Notes: generated by a model not told the origin, from the sequence alone. Shown: positions 8,672 through 17,816, counted from the first letter of the stretch. The stretch is DNA of 40,407 nt from Candidatus Parcubacteria bacterium (GCA_016882235.1 VGKU01000002.1:1-40407), one strand, 5' to 3'. Numbers and translations are program-made.

Positions 8672-11578
8672 ATGGCGTACAACCACCATGAGATTGAACA
8701 CAAATGGCAGAAACGCTGGGACGAGACGGGCGTGTTCCATGCCAACGACGATTCCAACCAGCCCAAATACTATTGCCTGATTGAGTTTCCGTATCCCTCC
8801 GGCGACGGCCTGCATGTGGGCCATCCGCGTTCGTATACCGCGCTGGATGTCATTGCGCGCAAGCGGCGCATGGAAGGGTATAACGTTTTATATCCGATCG
8901 GTTGGGATGCCTTTGGCCTTCCCACCGAGAATTACGCCATCAAGACGGGCCGGCCTCCCCAAGAGGTGACGGCCGAAAACATTGCGACCTTTAAACGCCA
9001 GTTGAAGTCGCTCGGGTTCAGTTTTGACTGGTCGCGCGAAATTAATACGACAGACCCGGAGTATTACAAATGGACGCAATGGATGTTTTTGGAGTTCTTT
9101 CGCGCGGGCCTTGCGTACAAACAAAACATGCCGATCAACTGGTGCCTGTCATGCAAGATCGGGCTAGCCAACGAGGAAGTGGTGGACGGGAAATGCGAAC
9201 GGTGCGGGGGTGCAACAGAGAAGCGCGACAAGGAGCAGTGGATGATTGCGATCACAAAGTACGCCGACCGGTTATTGGACGATTTGGAGACGGTAGATTA
9301 TTTGGAGAAGATTAAAGCTCAACAGCGCAACTGGATCGGCCGGAGCGAAGGGGCGGAGATTCGGTTTGTCATCCAGAGCGACCTTGAGCGAGCGCAAGCG
9401 AGTCAAAATTCCCCCGCCGATGGCGGAGTCGCTCAACAGGACCTGCGCGCCGTTGATGTCTTCACCACACGTCCTGACACCCTTTTTGGTGCAACGTTTC
9501 TGGTCATTTCGCCGGAGGTCGCGCGGACGTGGATAGACGGCGGATGGGATGCGGGGGAAGAGGTGCGCGCGTATGTGACCTCCGCGCTTGCCCATTCCGA
9601 GACGGAGCGCGCAAACGAAGAGCGCGAGAAAACGGGCGTGGATACGGGCGTGAAGGCGGTCAATCCGGCAAACGGAGAACCGATTCCGGTTTGGGTCGCC
9701 GACTATGTGCTTGGCGCGTACGGGACGGGCGCGATCATGGCCGTGCCCGCGCATGACGAGCGGGATTTTGCGTTTGCGACCACGTACGGATTACCGATCC
9801 GGCAAGTGATCCGCAAAACAGGAGCGCCGGTGCGCAGTGTTGTGATGGGCGCAGAGGCGATGACAGAGCAGGATTTTGCGGAGATCGGCGTATCCGTTTT
9901 TGAAAAAACCGAAAAGGGATGTTTCCACGTGGAGATTCCCCGCGGCCGTGAAAAAGATTTTGAACGGTTGATGGTTGAAAAAATGGCGCCCGGGTTTTGG
10001 AACGAATATGTCGGAGACGAAACGGTTTTCCTGTTTACGCATCAGGACGGGCGTAGGGAACGGCTCGTCATGAACGACCAGAATCTCGAGCGGATTGACC
10101 AGCTTGCCTGCGAGTTTAACAACCAAACGTACGACCCCAAAGACCCGGGCAATTATAGAAACGGCGCGTTGGCACGAAACGCATGGTATCGTCCGCTCAT
10201 CGTCCATGAGGAGCCGGGAGTCCTGATGAACTCCGGCACGTTTGACGGGATGGAGAGCGAAGAGGCGAAATGGGCGATCACGCAACAGGTCGGCGGGGAG
10301 AAAAAACTTCGGTACAAGTTGCGCGATGGGTGTTTTCGCGCCAGGCGGTATTGGGGGGAGCCGATTCCGCTTGTGTGGTGCGAGCAGTGTCAGTGGGTTC
10401 CGGTGCCGGATGATCAGCTACCGGTCGTCTTGCCCGCGGTGGACAAATACCAGCCGACCGACTCGGGCGAATCGCCGCTTGCGGCGATCACCGACTGGGT
10501 GAACACGGCCTGCCCGACCTGTGGGGGTCCCGCAAAGCGCGAAACGGACACGATGCCCAACTGGGCCGGTTCCAGTTGGTACTTTTTGGCCTACGCGATG
10601 AAAGGTGTATCCCAGAGTTTAGTGTTCTCCACTTCTTCCGCTTCTCCAGCTTCCCTCTATCTTCCCGCCCTTTCCTACTGGCTCCCCGTGGATTGGTACA
10701 ACGGCGGCATGGAACATACAACCCTCCACTTGCTGTATTCCCGTTTTTGGAACAAGTTTTTGTTTGATCGGGGGCATGCGGCCACAAGCGAACCCTACGC
10801 CAAGCGCACGAGCCATGGGCTGATTCTCGCTGCGGATGGTGCCAAGATGAGCAAGTCGCGCGGAAATGTCGTGAATCCCGACGAAATGGTAGAGCAGTAC
10901 GGCGCGGACGCCGTACGGTTGTATGAGCTGTTTATGGGGCCGTTTGGCGAACCGGTGCCCTGGAGCGTGAACGGGCTCATTGGGATGCGAAGGTTTTTGG
11001 AAAAGGTGGCGGATCTCTCGCTGTCCTTGCAAAAAGCGAGCAACGAAGCCATCTCAGACACACCGAGTCTTTCGCCCGATCACGATCAGGTTCGTCAGAA
11101 CCTCAAAAGGTTGCTGCACCAGACGATCAAAAAAGTGAGCGCTGACCTGGAGGCCATGCGATTTAATACGGCGGTGTCGGCCATGATGGTGTTTGTGAAT
11201 GAAGTAAAAGAACAAGAAAAGAGGATGATGGAAACGGGGGTGCTTGGACGGGAAGACCTGACGTCCTTTCTGCTCTTGCTGTGTCCGTTTGCGCCACACC
11301 TTGCCAATGAATGGCACGAGCGTTTGGGCGGCACGGCATTGCTGGAAACGCTTCCGTGGCCCGCGTACGATCCGGAATTGGCCCGCGAGGAGATCGTGAC
11401 GATTGCGGTGCAGGTGAACGGGAAGTTGCGTGCGACCGTCGAGGCCGCGCCGGACGCAAGCGAGGAAGTTGTGCTCACGCTCGCACTGCATGAGGAGAAT
11501 GTGGAGAAATATCTGCAGGGCAAACATCCCAAGAAAGTGGTCTATGTCTCTGGTCGGATTATCAACGTGATTGTGTAA
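8672..11578 (+). CDS. leuS: leucine--tRNA ligase (long form, 968 aa, with extra insertions)
   Basis: MAYNHHEIEHKWQKRWDE.., the HIGH motif (PYPSGDGLHVGHPRSY), CP1/editing region (TTRPDTLFGATF, AVPAHDERDFAFA), GGMEHTTLHLLYSRFW and KMSKS (GAKMSKSRGN). Start set at ATG 8672; the track ORF start at 8426 merely translates the upstream repeats. Confidence 0.93.
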   Translation: MAYNHHEIEHKWQKRWDETGVFHANDDSNQPKYYCLIEFPYPSGDGLHVGHPRSYTALDVIARKRRMEGYNVLYPIGWDAFGLPTENYAIKTGRPPQEVTAENIATFKRQLKSLGFSFDWSREINTTDPEYYKWTQWMFLEFFRAGLAYKQNMPINWCLSCKIGLANEEVVDGKCERCGGATEKRDKEQWMIAITKYADRLLDDLETVDYLEKIKAQQRNWIGRSEGAEIRFVIQSDLERAQASQNSPADGGVAQQDLRAVDVFTTRPDTLFGATFLVISPEVARTWIDGGWDAGEEVRAYVTSALAHSETERANEEREKTGVDTGVKAVNPANGEPIPVWVADYVLGAYGTGAIMAVPAHDERDFAFATTYGLPIRQVIRKTGAPVRSVVMGAEAMTEQDFAEIGVSVFEKTEKGCFHVEIPRGREKDFERLMVEKMAPGFWNEYVGDETVFLFTHQDGRRERLVMNDQNLERIDQLACEFNNQTYDPKDPGNYRNGALARNAWYRPLIVHEEPGVLMNSGTFDGMESEEAKWAITQQVGGEKKLRYKLRDGCFRARRYWGEPIPLVWCEQCQWVPVPDDQLPVVLPAVDKYQPTDSGESPLAAITDWVNTACPTCGGPAKRETDTMPNWAGSSWYFLAYAMKGVSQSLVFSTSSASPASLYLPALSYWLPVDWYNGGMEHTTLHLLYSRFWNKFLFDRGHAATSEPYAKRTSHGLILAADGAKMSKSRGNVVNPDEMVEQYGADAVRLYELFMGPFGEPVPWSVNGLIGMRRFLEKVADLSLSLQKASNEAISDTPSLSPDHDQVRQNLKRLLHQTIKKVSADLEAMRFNTAVSAMMVFVNEVKEQEKRMMETGVLGREDLTSFLLLLCPFAPHLANEWHERLGGTALLETLPWPAYDPELAREEIVTIAVQVNGKLRATVEAAPDASEEVVLTLALHEENVEKYLQGKHPKKVVYVSGRIINVIV

Positions 11579-11610
11579 CGGAGAGATCTCTCGTGTGGCC
11601 TGACGGCCGG

Positions 11611-12192
11611 ATGCAAGATGACATGCGGGCTATGATTCCATCGAACGCCAAAAAAGTTTTTTCGGGAGTGCTGTTTGAAGTGTACCAATGGCCCCAAGAG
11701 ATGTATGACGGGAGCACAGAAACGTTTGAGATGCTCCGGCGCGAGGATACGGCCGAAGTGATTGCCGTCAAAGACGGCAAAATAATGATGCAAGAACAGG
11801 AACAACCCACCAAGCCGCTGTTTTTGTCCCTGCCTGGTGGGCGGATTTCCTACGGGGAAGAACCGCTTGAGGGCGCTCAACGCGAACTGCTGGAGGAGAC
11901 GGGATTCGTCTCAAACGATTGGTCGCTCTACCGGAGTGCACGACCCCTCATGAAACTGGACTGGCGGATCCATGTGTTTGTGGCAAAAGATTGCGTGTAC
12001 CGTCAAGCACCGCGGTTGGACGCGGGCGAGCGCATCACGGTGAAATGGGTGACACTTGATGAACTGATGGATCTTGTGGACTGCGGAACACTGGCAAGGA
12101 TTGAACAGGATTTGCGCATGGATTTGGTCCGCGCGAAATACGACGCATCTTCAAAGGAGGAGCTGTGCCGTCGCTTCGGCCTCCCCCTATGA
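11611..12192 (+). CDS. NUDIX-family hydrolase
   Basis: Nudix box GGRISYGEEPLEGAQRELLEETG. Start ambiguous (GTG 11593 or ATG 11611). The stop overlaps the next gene's ATG (ATGA). Confidence 0.85.
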   Translation: MQDDMRAMIPSNAKKVFSGVLFEVYQWPQEMYDGSTETFEMLRREDTAEVIAVKDGKIMMQEQEQPTKPLFLSLPGGRISYGEEPLEGAQRELLEETGFVSNDWSLYRSARPLMKLDWRIHVFVAKDCVYRQAPRLDAGERITVKWVTLDELMDLVDCGTLARIEQDLRMDLVRAKYDASSKEELCRRFGLPL

Positions 12193-13535
12193 ATCTCGTC
12201 ATCATCGGCACCGGCTATGTAGGGCTTACCACCGGTCTTGGGTTTGCTTCGTTGGGCCATCGCGTCGCGTGCGTGGATACGGATGCGGCGAAGGTCGCGC
12301 GACTGGATCTTGGGGAGGCACCGTTTTACGAGCCCGGTCTTGAGGAAACGCTCAAGCGCTTGCAGGAGCAGGGGAGGATCGTTTTTACGACCGATCTGGA
12401 AAGCGTGATTGGCGAGGCGGATATCGTGATGTTTGCGGTGCAGACGCCGCCGCGCGCAAACGGCGAGGCGGAACTGTCGTATCTCATGGGCGCGGCCGGG
12501 CAGGTGGGGGCGCTCCTTTCGCGCGAGGCGCTTCTGATCGTCAAAAGCACCGTGCCGGTCGGGACGAACCGCAAGGTCCTCGCGACGGTGCGCTCTGCGA
12601 TGGCGTTGCAAGGCCGCGAGGATCTCTCGACCCTCATCCGCGTTGCGAGCGTTCCAGAATTCTTGCGCGAGGGGGCGGCGCTTGATGATTTTTTGCATCC
12701 GGATCGGATTGTGGTTGGCGCGGATGACGAGGTGGTGTTTCAGACGATTGAGCGTCTGCACGAGGGGATCGCCGCGCCCGTCGTACGTGTCCGTCTTGAA
12801 TCGTCAGAACTCATCAAGGTCTGCGCCAATGCGTTTCTGGCGACGAAAATTTCGTTCATCAACGAGGTGGCGAACATTGTGGAAGGCACCGGCGCGGATG
12901 TGCGCGAGGTGGCGCGCGGGATCGGGTTGGATAAACGCATCGGGTCGCAATTTTTGCGCGCCGGCATTGGCTTTGGCGGTTCCTGTTTTCCAAAGGATGT
13001 CAGCGCGCTCAAATCCTACGCCGGCATCCATGGATATGATTTCAAATTGCTCCACGCCGTGATTGAGGTGAACAATACACAACGGCACCGCTTCGTGCAG
13101 AGGATCGTTGAGACGATGGGGACGCTCAAGGGGCGCAAGCTCGCGGTGTGGGGGCTCGCGTTCAAACCAGACACGGATGATATCCGCGAGTCCGCGGCGA
13201 TTGCCGTCGTGCGCGATTTGTTGGGACTTGGCGCGGAGGTAAGTGCGTATGATCCCAAAGCCATGCGCAACGCGCGCACGGCTCTGCCCGAGTCGGTCCA
13301 TTTTGCGCCCACGGCCATGGACGCGGCCTCTGGCGCGGACGCGCTGGTGGTGTTGACCGAGTGGCCAGAGTTTTTACAGGTCTCGTTTTCCACCCTGAAA
13401 GCCCAGATGGTTGAGCCGATGATTTTTGACGGCCGCAATTGTTTCGCCGACCTTGGGCTCGTCGCGCTTGGATTCCAGTATTTCGGCGTCGGCTTGGGGA
13501 ATGCGGAAAGCGCTTCATCGTGGATGAGAGGATGA
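12189..13535 (+). CDS. ugd: UDP-glucose 6-dehydrogenase (UDP-glucose/GDP-mannose dehydrogenase family)
   Basis: N-terminal Rossmann motif MNLVIIGTGYVGLTTGLGFA, catalytic-Cys motif GFGGSCFPKDV, and C-terminal UDP-binding region LAFKPDTDDIRES. Start at ATG 12189 rather than the track's 12165. Confidence 0.9.
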   Translation: MNLVIIGTGYVGLTTGLGFASLGHRVACVDTDAAKVARLDLGEAPFYEPGLEETLKRLQEQGRIVFTTDLESVIGEADIVMFAVQTPPRANGEAELSYLMGAAGQVGALLSREALLIVKSTVPVGTNRKVLATVRSAMALQGREDLSTLIRVASVPEFLREGAALDDFLHPDRIVVGADDEVVFQTIERLHEGIAAPVVRVRLESSELIKVCANAFLATKISFINEVANIVEGTGADVREVARGIGLDKRIGSQFLRAGIGFGGSCFPKDVSALKSYAGIHGYDFKLLHAVIEVNNTQRHRFVQRIVETMGTLKGRKLAVWGLAFKPDTDDIRESAAIAVVRDLLGLGAEVSAYDPKAMRNARTALPESVHFAPTAMDAASGADALVVLTEWPEFLQVSFSTLKAQMVEPMIFDGRNCFADLGLVALGFQYFGVGLGNAESASSWMRG

Positions 13536-13584
13536 CGTTGGAGGTGTGGATCAGCCGGGTGGCCGATAGCAGGACCCGCGCACA

Positions 13585-15111
13585 ATGAGACGTTTGACCG
13601 TTTATTGTATGAGGATTCTCGCGGCTGTTTCACGTTCGCCCTCCAAAACAGGCACGGCCTTGCTTGCCAGTTTCTGTCTGGGGGTCCTGATTGGACCTTT
13701 TTTTGTTTCTTGGCCGAGCGCATGGTCACTCGCGGCTGTTGTCACCTTTCTCGTTCTCTTTGCCCTTTTTTCCCTGCGCGCTCACGCTCGCGGTTTCCCA
13801 TTCCTCCTGCTCGCGATCCTGCTGTTTGGTCTCTGGCGCTATCAGCAATCCCTTGTGCCTGAAGGACTGGTCACACTGGCCGACCGGACCGGCTCGGTGA
13901 TACGCGTGGAGGGACGGATCGCTTCCGATGTGGAGCGGCGCGTCTCCATCCAGCAGGCGATTCTGGATGATGTACGCGTTGCCGGAGAACCCGTGTTCGG
14001 TAAACTCCTTGTCCGGTTTCCGCTTTTCCCTCGCGTGGCGTTCTCCGACCACGTGGCATTCGCCTGCGCGCTTGAACGTCCCGAACCGTTCAACGGATTT
14101 GCCTACGACCGCCTGCTCGCCTCTCGCGGCGTGCTTGCTTTGTGCGCGTTTCCAGAGTTCATCGCGGTGAGCCCGGGTGAGCGTGCAGGAAAGGTCGGAT
14201 GGTTTTTCTCCCTGCGCTCCGCCCTTGACGGTCGTCTGCGCGAGGTCCTTCCAGAGCCGCACGCCTCGTTCGTTTCGGGCCTCTTGTTTGGCGGCAGTGC
14301 CTCGCTCTCACAAGGCCTGCGCGAGGATTTTTCCCGCACCGGCACTTCGCATATCCTCGCCGCCTCCGGCTACAATGTTTCCATCTTTTCGCTTCTGCTC
14401 TTGCACCTGTTCATGCAAAGTCCGCTCGGACGCAAGCGCGGCCTTGTGGCAAGCGCCGTGATCCTGTGCGCGTATGTCGTCATGGCCGGAGCCACTCCCG
14501 CCGTCCTGCGCGCGGGATTGATGGCCTGTGCGCTCCTGGTGGCTGAAGGCGCGCGCCGCCGTCCGCACGCACGGAATATCCTTCTGCTGACTCTGGCGCT
14601 GATGCTCCTCATGAATCCGCGCCTCCTGCTGGACGATGTTGGGTTTCAGCTCTCGTTTGCGGCAACCGCCGCGCTCCTCTTCGTGCTCCCGCGCGTGCAG
14701 TCGCGTTTCCATCTGCTACCAGAAGCGTTTGGGATCCAAACAGCCATCGCCTCCTCCACGGTGGCCGTAGTCATCACGCTTCCCATCTTGCTGTGGCACT
14801 TCGGACAGGTCTCACTGGCCGCTCCGCTCGTCAATGCCTTTGTGCTTCCGTTTGTGCCCTACCTGATGGCGCTGGGAGTTGCGGGCATGATCTTTGGAAA
14901 GATTATTGCGCTCCCGGCCTTTGCGCTTTCGTATGCGCTGTTGCGCGTGATCAGGATATTCAGCGCGCTTCCGTTTGCGTCCATGCAGATCGGCTACGCG
15001 CGTACGGCGGCCGTGATCGCCGCCATAGCGATCGTGGCGTGGCTTCTCCTGCGTGCGCAGGCATCTGTGGAAACACGCATCCGCCAGGGGCGGACTGGCG
15101 CACGCCTATGA
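13585..15111 (+). CDS. comEC: ComEC/Rec2-family DNA internalisation channel (membrane part only)
   Basis: Polytopic membrane protein with the competence-domain signature SRTGTSHILAASGYNVSIF and many TM helices. No MBL domain lies in this ORF. Start is either ATG 13585 or ATG 13609. Confidence 0.8.
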   Translation: MRRLTVYCMRILAAVSRSPSKTGTALLASFCLGVLIGPFFVSWPSAWSLAAVVTFLVLFALFSLRAHARGFPFLLLAILLFGLWRYQQSLVPEGLVTLADRTGSVIRVEGRIASDVERRVSIQQAILDDVRVAGEPVFGKLLVRFPLFPRVAFSDHVAFACALERPEPFNGFAYDRLLASRGVLALCAFPEFIAVSPGERAGKVGWFFSLRSALDGRLREVLPEPHASFVSGLLFGGSASLSQGLREDFSRTGTSHILAASGYNVSIFSLLLLHLFMQSPLGRKRGLVASAVILCAYVVMAGATPAVLRAGLMACALLVAEGARRRPHARNILLLTLALMLLMNPRLLLDDVGFQLSFAATAALLFVLPRVQSRFHLLPEAFGIQTAIASSTVAVVITLPILLWHFGQVSLAAPLVNAFVLPFVPYLMALGVAGMIFGKIIALPAFALSYALLRVIRIFSALPFASMQIGYARTAAVIAAIAIVAWLLLRAQASVETRIRQGRTGARL

Positions 15112-16013
15112 GCAAACGTCCACCACTGCGTCGCTCGCCTGCGCGCAGGGGGCAGCGCATCGCATCTCATGCCCTCCTCATCGCCTGTGCGTTCGTCCTG
15201 TTGATCTTCCCGCTTTTTTCACGCCTGGCTTCCGCGCGCGCGCCGGCCTTGCGCGTATGGTTTTTTGATGTGGGGCAGGGCGATGCGACGCTCATTGAAA
15301 CGCCGCTGGGCAGGCAGGTGCTCGTGGACGGTGGGCCGGACCGGACGATTCTCCAAAAACTTCCGCAAACCATGTGGCCGTGGGATCGGACGCTTGACGC
15401 GGTGGTGATTACGCATCCGGACGCCGACCACATCACCGGATTGACAAGCGTGTTAGAACAGTACGACGTGGCGGCCATCTACGAAACGGGCGTGCGCGGA
15501 GGGACGCCCATGATCGCAGGACTGGTTTCGGCGATGGCAACCGAGGGCGCGCGTATGAAACCCGTGCGCGCCGGACAATCGTTTGAGATGGACGGCGTGA
15601 TCTTTGATGTCCTCTGGCCGACCGAAGCCTTCCTGCAAAAAGAGCGCGACCGCAATAACACCTCGGTCGTTCTGCGTGTCCGGTATGGATCAACCACGCT
15701 TCTGCTCACCGGCGACGCAGAGGAATCGGTGGAGGCAGTGATGGCGCGTAGTGCCGGCGACGTCGATGTGCTCAAAGTCGGCCATCACGGGAGTCGCACA
15801 TCCACCACCGCCAAATTTTTACAGGCGGTAACGCCGGAGGAAGTGGTGATCTCCGCCGGAGAGGACAACCGCTATGGCCACCCGCACCCCATCGTGCTCG
15901 CGCGTTTGCGCGAAGCGGGAGCGCGTGTTTCACGCACGGATCAGGATGGCGATCTTTTGCTGGTCTCGGACGGCGCGTCGTATTCGCTCACCCCAGCCTT
16001 CTTGCCATTTTGA
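15108..16013 (+). CDS. MBL-fold metallo-hydrolase, equivalent to the ComEC C-terminal beta-lactamase-like domain, with an N-terminal TM anchor
   Basis: VWFFDVGQGDATLIE, VVITHPDADHITGL, LLLTGDAEE and LKVGHHGSRTS motifs. ATG 15108 overlaps the comEC stop (ATGA). The track ORF from 14793 is an out-of-frame overlap with comEC. Confidence 0.85.
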   Translation: MSKRPPLRRSPARRGQRIASHALLIACAFVLLIFPLFSRLASARAPALRVWFFDVGQGDATLIETPLGRQVLVDGGPDRTILQKLPQTMWPWDRTLDAVVITHPDADHITGLTSVLEQYDVAAIYETGVRGGTPMIAGLVSAMATEGARMKPVRAGQSFEMDGVIFDVLWPTEAFLQKERDRNNTSVVLRVRYGSTTLLLTGDAEESVEAVMARSAGDVDVLKVGHHGSRTSTTAKFLQAVTPEEVVISAGEDNRYGHPHPIVLARLREAGARVSRTDQDGDLLLVSDGASYSLTPAFLPF

Positions 16014-16066
16014 GCGGATTACTCTATCATCTGCACAAATTGTCCAATTTTTGCTATCTTGTATCC

Positions 16067-16543
16067 ATGCCTATGTCCACGACCATCCAGCAAACCCTGG
16101 TTTTGCTCAAACCGGATGCCCTTCAGCGCGACCTTCTTGGCGAGATCGTGTCTCGATTTGAACGCAAAGGCATGAAAATCGTCGCCATGAAATGCATCCG
16201 TCTGGATGAACGCATGCTTGAAGAACATTACGCGCACCTGTCCGACAAGCCGTTCTTTGGTACGCTGAAGCAGTTTATGATGCAGACGCCGGTGGTTGGG
16301 ATGGTGCTCGAGGGATACGAGGCAGTTGCGGAGGTGCGCAAGCTCGTTGGATCCACCAATCCGCGCGAAGCGGACGCCGGGACCATCCGCGCAGACCTCT
16401 CTATGAATGTCCCTTCCAACCTGATTCACGCGTCCGATTCGCTGGAGACGGCGCAGGTGGAGATCAAGCGGTTCTTCAAAGACGATGAGCTGTTTGATTA
16501 CGAGAAGATTACCGATCGGTATCATTTCGGAGAGGGGATTTAA
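16067..16543 (+). CDS. ndk: nucleoside-diphosphate kinase
   Basis: TLVLLKPDALQRDLLGEIVSRFERKGMKIVAMK ... GSTNPREADAGTIRADL....NLIHASDS (active-site His). Start at ATG 16067. Confidence 0.93.
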   Translation: MPMSTTIQQTLVLLKPDALQRDLLGEIVSRFERKGMKIVAMKCIRLDERMLEEHYAHLSDKPFFGTLKQFMMQTPVVGMVLEGYEAVAEVRKLVGSTNPREADAGTIRADLSMNVPSNLIHASDSLETAQVEIKRFFKDDELFDYEKITDRYHFGEGI

Positions 16544-16606
16544 CTCGCGTTGAGACACGTACGATCTTTGCGTGGACGGGCGCCCGCCAACCCTGGGAGA
16601 CCAGGT

Positions 16607-16631
16607 CGGGGTTGACGACCCCCGTTTTTTT
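16607..16631 (+). terminator. intrinsic terminator after ndk
   Basis: CGGGG-UUGACGAC-CCCCG followed by UUUUUUU. Confidence 0.65.
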
Positions 16632-16691
16632 ATTTACCTTGGCCAATGCCGTATATCCTCACACCGGGGGGAGAGCGTGATTGAATGGGGA

Positions 16692-17813
16692 ATGCTAGAG
16701 GAGTGGCAAGGAGATTGGCTCACGATCAGTGCCAAGGCCATCCGGGAACGCCAGAAGTGGCTGGAGACACTGAACCGCGGCGACCTGCGGCGGTTCACCG
16801 AAGCGATCCGCGAGGCGCGGTCCGGCCGAGTGGGACTAGTGAGGGACTACGCGCCGCATCTGCTCGCGCGACTCTCCATGGACTCGTCCGTGGCGACCGC
16901 AACGCGGGGTAAGCATCTGCTGGAAACTGCCAAGGAGCATGAGCCCAGGGAATGGCCGAACCTCCACACGTGGTTTGATGCCATCTGTGTGTTTGATGCC
17001 TCCGCGGCGCTGGCACTCATTGAACAGCAGGATCCGCGTACGGCCATCGGGGATTCCCTCTACGCCCTCATCGGATTTCTGCGCGAGCGACTGTTCGAAC
17101 CCGGGTTTGAAACGACGGACTTCTATGTCTATCGTGATCCTACCTGCGATTTCACGGTGAGCGAGAGGGACATCGGCATCGGCCGGCATCTCTCGCAACG
17201 CGCCAAGGGGCGCGTCCGGCTCAAGAGTACGCTCAACTGCCGGCGCGTGCGGGGGAACGGTCTCGTCTTTTTGGATGAGCGGCCCAAGGAAGCGTTTTCC
17301 GAATGGGTCAAGGTCCTGCGACAGGTCGCGCTGAAGAAGCCCGATCCGTACCGGATTCGCGATCGGCGCGGGCTCATGCTGGTGTGTGAGAGCCACGCGA
17401 ACATCCTGGCGCTCTGCGACCGCTTGGAGGTTGAGATCAACGCGTCGGGCGGCTGTGTCACCGAGCGGCCTGGCGGGAACCACGAGACGAACGCACCTGT
17501 GGATCCCACGAACCACTCGTCTTCATCGGCGTACAAGGTGGTCAAGCTGTGCGTGCGCTGGCGCGGCCGCGAGTTCGAGATCCAGTTCATTACGTTCTAC
17601 GACTACTTCAACAGCCAACTCTCCACCTCGCCGGCGAACCACCAGCTCTACAAGCTGCGCCAGGCGCTTGAGTTCGCCTTCCCGTTGCTGTTTCCGTCCT
17701 CCGTCTACGGGGTGAAGTGGAATTCCACTTTGATCGGCCAGTTTGAGGCGCGCCTGAAGAGCGCCTTGGTCAAGCGCGTCAACGGCGCTCGCAAGCCGGC
17801 CGATCATTCTTAA
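16692..17813 (+). CDS. orphan protein whose C-terminal half resembles a divergent RelA/SpoT-type (ppGpp-synthetase-like) nucleotidyltransferase domain; N-terminal ~170 aa unassigned
   Basis: Ordered motif matches to the RSH synthetase fold: GRVRLKS (cf. GRxKS), IRDRRGLMLVC (cf. DxxGxRxI), SAYKVVKLCV (cf. GYRSxHxxV), EFEIQFITF (cf. vEIQIRT) and HQLYK (cf. HxxYK). Recognised by eye only. Start uncertain (ATG 16692 or GTG 16677); the track's GTG 16572 would read through the ndk terminator. Confidence 0.45.
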   Translation: MLEEWQGDWLTISAKAIRERQKWLETLNRGDLRRFTEAIREARSGRVGLVRDYAPHLLARLSMDSSVATATRGKHLLETAKEHEPREWPNLHTWFDAICVFDASAALALIEQQDPRTAIGDSLYALIGFLRERLFEPGFETTDFYVYRDPTCDFTVSERDIGIGRHLSQRAKGRVRLKSTLNCRRVRGNGLVFLDERPKEAFSEWVKVLRQVALKKPDPYRIRDRRGLMLVCESHANILALCDRLEVEINASGGCVTERPGGNHETNAPVDPTNHSSSSAYKVVKLCVRWRGREFEIQFITFYDYFNSQLSTSPANHQLYKLRQALEFAFPLLFPSSVYGVKWNSTLIGQFEARLKSALVKRVNGARKPADHS

Positions 17814-17816
17814 CTC

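Noticed and set aside
14793-15107. A 105-codon upstream extension of the MBL-domain ORF
   Set aside because: It overlaps the 3' end of comEC in another frame. The ATG at 15108 forms an ATGA overlap with the comEC stop and is followed by a sensible TM anchor.
16572-16691. A GTG 16572 start giving a 413-aa version of the RelA/SpoT-like protein
   Set aside because: That extension would be translated through the ndk intrinsic terminator (16607-16631) and a candidate promoter. ATG 16692 or GTG 16677, downstream of a G-rich SD-like run, is more plausible.
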